Source: Gemmatimonadota bacterium (GTDB lineage Bacteria > Gemmatimonadota > Gemmatimonadetes > Palauibacterales > KS3-K002). Taken from it: a stretch of DNA of 16,996 nt. The stretch spans positions 2,228,479 through 2,245,474 of the forward strand of contig CP070815.1 in the NCBI GenBank assembly GCA_020344215.1, written 5' to 3'. The position numbers were made by a program, and so were the translations under genes. Positions 12,821-16,996 of the stretch are shown one piece after another; within the stretch, counting starts at the first letter, position 1; each line of letters opens with the position of its first letter. Under the pieces are notes generated by a model. The model did no database searches. It was not told the origin of the DNA and saw nothing but the letters and a program-made list of their open reading frames with translations.

Positions 12821-13264
12821 TCAGCCGATCGGAGCCTCACACGTGATCTTCGACCACGTCCGCTCCTCCTCCACGCCCTGCTGGTTGCGCGCGGTGAAGG
12901 TGTCCTCGATGACCTTGCCGTGGAACTTGCAGCCCACGAACGCCTGCGCCGAGAACGCACCGCGACCGTCCACCGGCACGCCGGTGGCCTGGATCAGCGC
13001 CTTGATGCGACGGCGCGCGAACTCGTTGTCGCCGACCAGGGAGTACCAGTTGCGGATCGTGCGACCCTTGGCCGCTCCGCTCAGGACCGACGCGGTGACG
13101 ATCAGCGTCGGCTTGCCGGCGCGGCTCTGGTCCTGCTTGACTTCGGTGATCTCGAAGTCGTACTCGCCGGGCTCGACCATCTTGCGCTCGCCGTCGTGCG
13201 GCTCCAGCTCGGGATCATTGACGCCCATCCAGTCGATGTAGTCGCTGAAGTTGTTGTCGCTCAT
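12821..13264 (-). CDS. DUF669-family protein (SSB-like partner of Sak4-type ATPases), 147 aa
   Basis: PGEYDFEITEVKQDQSRAGKPTLIVTASVLSGAAKGRTIRNWYSL...RRIKALIQATGV fits the remembered DUF669 pattern. The gene lies two genes downstream of an AAA_24 gene. GAGGAG SD upstream. Confidence 0.65.
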   Translation of the reverse strand: MSDNNFSDYIDWMGVNDPELEPHDGERKMVEPGEYDFEITEVKQDQSRAGKPTLIVTASVLSGAAKGRTIRNWYSLVGDNEFARRRIKALIQATGVPVDGRGAFSAQAFVGCKFHGKVIEDTFTARNQQGVEEERTWSKITCEAPIG

Positions 13265-13267
13265 TCT

Positions 13268-13483
13268 CTATTGCTCCTCATGTTGAACGTCGTGTTGTTC
13301 GGGTTTGCCAAGCTGGTCGAACCACTCAACCAGCACGGAAGCGATGAAGGTGTCGGGGGCGACGAGTTGGCCCGCGACGAAGAATTCGGAGGTGTCAGTG
13401 TCGTCGTGGATCTCGACGGCGAAGGTGCCGTCGGAGGTCTTGACCCGCGTGACAGGGTTTCGACTGCTTTTCGCCATGATCAC
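13268..13483 (-). CDS. Hypothetical acidic small protein (71 aa)
   Basis: GTG 13483 overlaps the upstream TGA as GTGA, with GGGAGG 6 nt upstream. Confidence 0.55.
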   Translation of the reverse strand: MIMAKSSRNPVTRVKTSDGTFAVEIHDDTDTSEFFVAGQLVAPDTFIASVLVEWFDQLGKPEQHDVQHEEQ

Positions 13484-14235
13484 TTTCGACCTCCCTTGCT
13501 GGGCGGCGCGGGCAGCGGCATCCCGATCGCGGTCGCGAACGCCGTGAACGTCGGCTCCAGGGGGTCCGGCAACTGCAAGTCACCCTGCCGACCACCCGCG
13601 ATGTACGGCCCAAACGGCTTGGTCCGGATCTCGAACGTCGGCGGCTCGTCGGCCTTGACGCGGTAGGCGCGCTGATACAGCAGGTACTCGCACCGGGCCG
13701 GGGCCTTGTCGCGAGTCTGGCCGGTGAGCAGCGGACCGCCCATCGAGCCGTCCTGCGGGGCCTTCTCCAGACACAGCCACAGCACGTTGACCGGCAGCTT
13801 GTGGACCTCGGTGATCAACCACGCGAGGTGCTGGCCGAGGTCGCCGTACAGCCGCCGCCGATCGACCTGATTGTTGCGCTTGACGGCCGCGACTTCGAGG
13901 CCGGTGTAGTACAGGTCCGAGTACAGGGTGAGGCTGTCGATGACCAACGTCTGGATGTCGCCCGGCGTCTGCTTGAGCCGCGTGCCGAGCGACTGGATCG
14001 ACTGGAACATGTCCTGCGGTTCTTCGATCGCCCAGACCTCGGGTATGAAGTTGGGGTCGTAGAAGTTCTCGGGGTTCATGTTGCGGATCGTCTCCCACCC
14101 CTTCTCCGTCGCATCTGCGAAGAACAGTGGGCGCGGCCACGTCGCGGCGAAGCGGGTCTTTCCGACCCGGCTCGCGCCGTAGGTCATCACGCTGATCGTG
14201 CGTGGCGCATTCTTCTTCAGATCGATGACTTTCAT
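13480..14235 (-). CDS. Sak4-like RecA-fold ATPase (AAA_24 family), 251 aa
   Basis: Walker A is YGASRVGKT and Walker B-like is TLVIDSL. The length and the N-terminal MKVIDLKK...PRPLFFADATEKGWE are typical of AAA_24. GGAGAG SD 7 nt upstream. Confidence 0.75.
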   Translation of the reverse strand: MKVIDLKKNAPRTISVMTYGASRVGKTRFAATWPRPLFFADATEKGWETIRNMNPENFYDPNFIPEVWAIEEPQDMFQSIQSLGTRLKQTPGDIQTLVIDSLTLYSDLYYTGLEVAAVKRNNQVDRRRLYGDLGQHLAWLITEVHKLPVNVLWLCLEKAPQDGSMGGPLLTGQTRDKAPARCEYLLYQRAYRVKADEPPTFEIRTKPFGPYIAGGRQGDLQLPDPLEPTFTAFATAIGMPLPAPPSKGGRK

Positions 14236-14239
14236 GGCT

Positions 14240-14446
14240 CTACTCTCCTACGAGTTTGTTGGGCGCGAATCTGCGCAAGATCTCCGTCGCCAGATCGACG
14301 GCAGCATTCGGACGAAGGCGAGCGATCGGCTCGCGCCATCTGGACTTCGGTCGCTGGTGACACACGAAGACGTCGCGCTCGCTGACGATGATACGGATGT
14401 CGCGGCGGTTGCCGGCGGCGCAGTCCTTGTCGACGTAGACGCTCAC
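14240..14446 (-). CDS. Hypothetical small protein (68 aa)
   Basis: GTG 14446 overlaps the HNH gene's TGA as GTGA, and the ORF ends 4 nt before the next start. Confidence 0.5.
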   Translation of the reverse strand: MSVYVDKDCAAGNRRDIRIIVSERDVFVCHQRPKSRWREPIARLRPNAAVDLATEILRRFAPNKLVGE

Positions 14447-14736
14447 GGCACACCGTCTACGGCGATGCGCGCCAGTTTCGCGAACAGAAGGCGCGCCTTG
14501 GGATCTACGGCCGAGTCAACCAATTCCGTTACCGCCACCCTGACAATGTCTGCGGGCCAGCGATCCAGTGGGATCCTGTCCAACAAGTCGTGGCAGTTGA
14601 TGCAGGCCGGTACGACGTGCTCACCCCCCAACCGTCGCGGTACTGGAAAGTGATCGTGCTCGTGCCGCGAGGACAGCCATGCTGTGCAATAGAAGCACTG
14701 CTCACACGCACCTGTTTGCGGGCACTTCGTAGTCAC
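14443..14736 (-). CDS. Small HNH endonuclease (97 aa)
   Basis: CEQCFYC...HEHDHFPVPRRLGGEHVVPACINCH is an HNH/zinc-finger signature. GTG 14736 overlaps the upstream TGA as GTGA; there is no in-frame ATG downstream. Confidence 0.7.
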   Translation of the reverse strand: MTTKCPQTGACEQCFYCTAWLSSRHEHDHFPVPRRLGGEHVVPACINCHDLLDRIPLDRWPADIVRVAVTELVDSAVDPKARLLFAKLARIAVDGVP

Positions 14737-15131
14737 TTGGTCCCCGGCAGTAGCTTGTTCGGGTCGCGCGCCGGGTAGTCGATCCCGAGCTTGTGCAGCA
14801 GGATCAAGATGCAGGCGCCGGCGTGTGCGAGGTGATGAATCTTCGAGTCGTCGGCGTAGTCGGGCTCGGTCGGGTCGGTGAACTTCTCGACGTGGCGACG
14901 CAGCGCCGCGCCGTAGACGTCGCGGTCGTCGTCGCGCCGCTCGATCCAGTTCCACGGCGCATAGCGATTCGCTCCATCCTCCATCGCAGCAGCGATGACG
15001 CGCAGCGGACGCGCCGGAATCAGGTTGAGCGGCGCCTTTACGCCACGCGGCTTGAGGTTGCGGGCGGCCCGTTCAGCCGCGTCGGCGCTGCGCGCCTCCG
15101 CGTCTTCACGGGAGTTTGTTCGAGTGCTCAC
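14733..15131 (-). CDS. DUF5664-like protein (N-terminal domain family of dATP/dGTP diphosphohydrolases), 132 aa
   Basis: KAPLNLIPARPLRVIAAAMEDGANRYAPWNW...YGAALRRHVEKF...DDSKIHHLAHAGACILILLH matches the remembered family pattern (p..liP...l..va.vl..Ga.KY...NW...y..A..RH......D.eSG..HlaH...n..fLl). GTG 15131 overlaps the upstream TGA as GTGA. Confidence 0.55.
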   Translation of the reverse strand: MSTRTNSREDAEARSADAAERAARNLKPRGVKAPLNLIPARPLRVIAAAMEDGANRYAPWNWIERRDDDRDVYGAALRRHVEKFTDPTEPDYADDSKIHHLAHAGACILILLHKLGIDYPARDPNKLLPGTK

Positions 15132-16087
15132 TTGAACTTCTCCGCGCAGTCGTCGAAGTATTCGCACGGGCCGTACTTGGTCGTGCAGTGCGCGCGGCTC
15201 CGGGGCCACGTGTTGGTGGCGACGCACATCTGCTCGATGGCGTTCCACACGCGCAGGTCTTTCTTGTGCGCCGTCGCCTGCCACTTCTGCACCGGCACGA
15301 CGACCCGCTCGAACTTCGGGATCTTCTGCTTGCCGATGATGTTGACGATGACGCCCATCAGCTTGCCGTACTTCTTGGTGAGCTTCGCCGGCTTGTAGAT
15401 CATGATCTGGCCGATGATCTCGCCGTCGTTCTTCCAGCCTTCGAGCGTCGCCATGTCGAAGCGGGAGCTGCTCTTATGTTCAACCACCCACGTGCCCGGC
15501 GCGATGAACGGGTTGGGCTCGACGCGCGCGATCAAGTCGTAGCGGCAGGTGTTGTCGCCGTCGGACGCGTACAACTCCTCGGCCAGCGGCGTGAGGTAGT
15601 CGTTGGGATAGTGGTTGCTGTAGGCTTCAAACAGCCGCCACGAGTCCTCGACCGCGCGCACGTCGCAGCCGATCTTCAGAAGCTCGTCGCGCAACCGCTC
15701 GGGCGTGATCCGACAGACCTGCGGCTCGCGCATCGCCCAGTAGTACAGCGCCATCATGGTGTGGAAGCACGAGCCGACTTCGAGTGCGCGGGACGGTCCG
15801 CCGCGTTTGCCGTCGATGTAGCGACGCTTGTAGAGGTGAAGACAACGCTGCATCGTCGCGATGCGCGACCACCCCCGGCCCGAGGCGCCGCCCATGCGCG
15901 GCATCCCGTACAGGTCGAACACCTGTTCGAGCGCCTCGTCCATCGGCATGATCGACGGGTCGCGGCCCAGGTAGATCAGATCGTTGGGCTTGTCATCCAT
16001 CGGCGGCAATGCCGACGGCGCGACCGGAAACTCAACCGTCTGTGTCGTCTGCGTCGTCTGAGTCCCGTTGTCAGGTGTTTTGGTCAT
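15128..16087 (-). CDS. PD-(D/E)XK nuclease, Cas4/RecB-like, with a Cys cluster (319 aa)
   Basis: RYDLIARV...WVVEHKSS fits the D...ExK core. An N-terminal Cys (QRCLHLY) plus the C-terminal CTTKYGPCEYFDDC fit a Cas4/AddB-type Fe-S ligand set. ATG 16087 overlaps the upstream TGA as ATGA. Confidence 0.7.
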   Translation of the reverse strand: MTKTPDNGTQTTQTTQTVEFPVAPSALPPMDDKPNDLIYLGRDPSIMPMDEALEQVFDLYGMPRMGGASGRGWSRIATMQRCLHLYKRRYIDGKRGGPSRALEVGSCFHTMMALYYWAMREPQVCRITPERLRDELLKIGCDVRAVEDSWRLFEAYSNHYPNDYLTPLAEELYASDGDNTCRYDLIARVEPNPFIAPGTWVVEHKSSSRFDMATLEGWKNDGEIIGQIMIYKPAKLTKKYGKLMGVIVNIIGKQKIPKFERVVVPVQKWQATAHKKDLRVWNAIEQMCVATNTWPRSRAHCTTKYGPCEYFDDCAEKFK

Positions 16088-16308
16088 CGATCTCGTTTCA
16101 TGCGGCGGGCGATGTTGTTGCAGTGGAAGCAGATCTTCGGTTGATGGCTGCTGTCGATCAGGTCTGCCGGTTGTCGCGACACGGCGCGATCTCGATCGAC
16201 GCAGCGGCAGACCGACATCGGCAGGTCGCACCGGAACAGGTGGTACTTGGCCCCCCGTCGCATCGATTTGCAGTAGATCCACTCATAGCCGTCGTCGCTG
16301 TTCGGCAT
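16084..16308 (-). CDS. Small Cys-rich (zinc-ribbon-like) protein (74 aa); possibly a detached C-terminal domain of the helicase
   Basis: ATG 16308 lies in the junction of a 13-nt direct repeat and overlaps the helicase 3' end by 26 nt. No convincing SD. The product has C...CRC...CFHC motifs. Confidence 0.45.
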   Translation of the reverse strand: MPNSDDGYEWIYCKSMRRGAKYHLFRCDLPMSVCRCVDRDRAVSRQPADLIDSSHQPKICFHCNNIARRMKRDR

Positions 16309-16996
16309 CGTCGCTGTTCGCCCCCAGTACAGCCGCCATCAACCGGTCCATGTCGCCTTCGTCGTCGAGCGCGAACGCGCTGCCCAGCATGTCGATCGCC
16401 GACTCGGCGGCCGGCACGCCCATGCGCTGCGCCGTCTTGCACTTCTCGACCAGAATCTCGGCCAGCCGCCGATCGACGACGTGATCGAGCACCACGTACT
16501 CGACGGTCATCGAGCGCGCTGGCGAGAACGTTCGCATCTCTGCCTGCGCGACCGTCGCCGGCGTGAAATCAAGCTCGGCGAAGATCTCGTAGCGCGCGTG
16601 GGACAGGTCGATCCCGACCTGCCCGACACCCATCGTCATCACCAGCGCGCTCGGTGTGACGGTACGGGCATACTCGAACGCGATCTCGCGCGCCTTCGCC
16701 GGCGTGTCGCCGTCGATGGCCGTCGCGGCCGGTCCACTTCCAGTGGAAAATTCCGTGTTGATGCCATCGGTGATCGCCTGCGCGAGATCCCGGTGCCACG
16801 TCCATACGACGACCGACTCGCCCAGGCGAAGTAGCTCGACTGCGCGCTTGATCGTCGGCTTGACCTTCAGGTGGCCGACGAGGCGGCGGAACCGTGCCAA
16901 CTCCCCGATCGGTGTGCGAAGCGCCGACTCGTCGCGTACGCGCTCGGCTTGCAACTCGATCTCGTAGGCATCCGTTTCGTGGACGGGTGCATGGAT
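16283..16996 (-). CDS. SNF2/DEAD-like helicase, C-terminal part (5' end beyond the right edge)
   Basis: The frame is open to position 16996 (IHAPVHETDAYEIELQAERV...). ALVMTMGVGQVGIDLSHARYEIFAELDFTPATVAQAEMR matches helicase motifs V-VI of SNF2-type proteins. Confidence 0.7.
   Translation of the reverse strand: MHAPVHETDAYEIELQAERVRDESALRTPIGELARFRRLVGHLKVKPTIKRAVELLRLGESVVVWTWHRDLAQAITDGINTEFSTGSGPAATAIDGDTPAKAREIAFEYARTVTPSALVMTMGVGQVGIDLSHARYEIFAELDFTPATVAQAEMRTFSPARSMTVEYVVLDHVVDRRLAEILVEKCKTAQRMGVPAAESAIDMLGSAFALDDEGDMDRLMAAVLGANSDDAEQRRRL
16292..16320. repeat. 13-nt direct repeat tcgtcgctgttcg x2 with a 3-nt spacer (16-nt period)
   Basis: Exact copies at 16292..16304 and 16308..16320. 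Each copy encodes NSDD, one in the helicase frame and one in the small-ORF frame. Confidence 0.9.

Noticed and set aside
8172-15131. Z-genome (2-aminoadenine) or dU/hmU genome signature, from PolA plus a dNTP-hydrolase-like domain plus UDG
   Set aside because: No PurZ, DatZ or MazZ-like genes, or dUMP/hmdUMP pathway genes, are visible in this window. Base modification cannot be inferred from sequence alone.
16031-16060. 9-nt tandem repeat gtctgNgtc x3
   Set aside because: It simply encodes a TQTTQTTQT low-complexity linker at the N-terminus of the Cas4-like nuclease. There is no evidence of a regulatory role.
15116-16144. 342-aa plus-strand ORF
   Set aside because: It is antisense to the Cas4-like nuclease gene, which has clear catalytic motifs. 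The composition is off-frame.
1-16996. CRISPR arrays, integrase/att sites, rRNA genes
   Set aside because: I saw no regularly spaced repeats, no tyrosine or serine recombinase ORF, and no rRNA-like sequence while reading either strand.

Overview
High-GC, very gene-dense phage or prophage DNA. I infer about 30 genes, nearly all on the minus strand, and many are joined by 4-nt GTGA/ATGA stop-start overlaps. Right to left on the minus strand the content is as follows. (1) The 3' end of an SNF2-type helicase. (2) A replication/recombination module: Cas4-like PD-(D/E)XK nuclease, DUF5664-like protein, HNH nuclease, Sak4/AAA_24 ATPase, DUF669 protein and a winged-helix protein. (3) A 1427-codon family-A DNA polymerase with an N-terminal family-4 UDG-like domain, a 3'-5' exonuclease domain and two inteins inside polymerase motifs. 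(4) A NUMOD4/HNH homing endonuclease. (5) A run of small zinc-ribbon proteins with an MT-A70 methyltransferase and a YegP/DUF1508 protein. (6) A lysis cassette of an M15 peptidase endolysin and a 2-TM holin-like protein. (7) Two tandem tail-fibre-like paralogues. The most unusual part is a short plus-strand island at 3310-3855. It holds a divergent PTH2-type peptidyl-tRNA-hydrolase-like gene followed directly by two tRNA-like genes. Both have good cloverleaf elements, but their anticodon arms are longer than canonical by 10 nt and 2 nt. All calls come from hand translation, hand folding and remembered family signatures; no searches were run.
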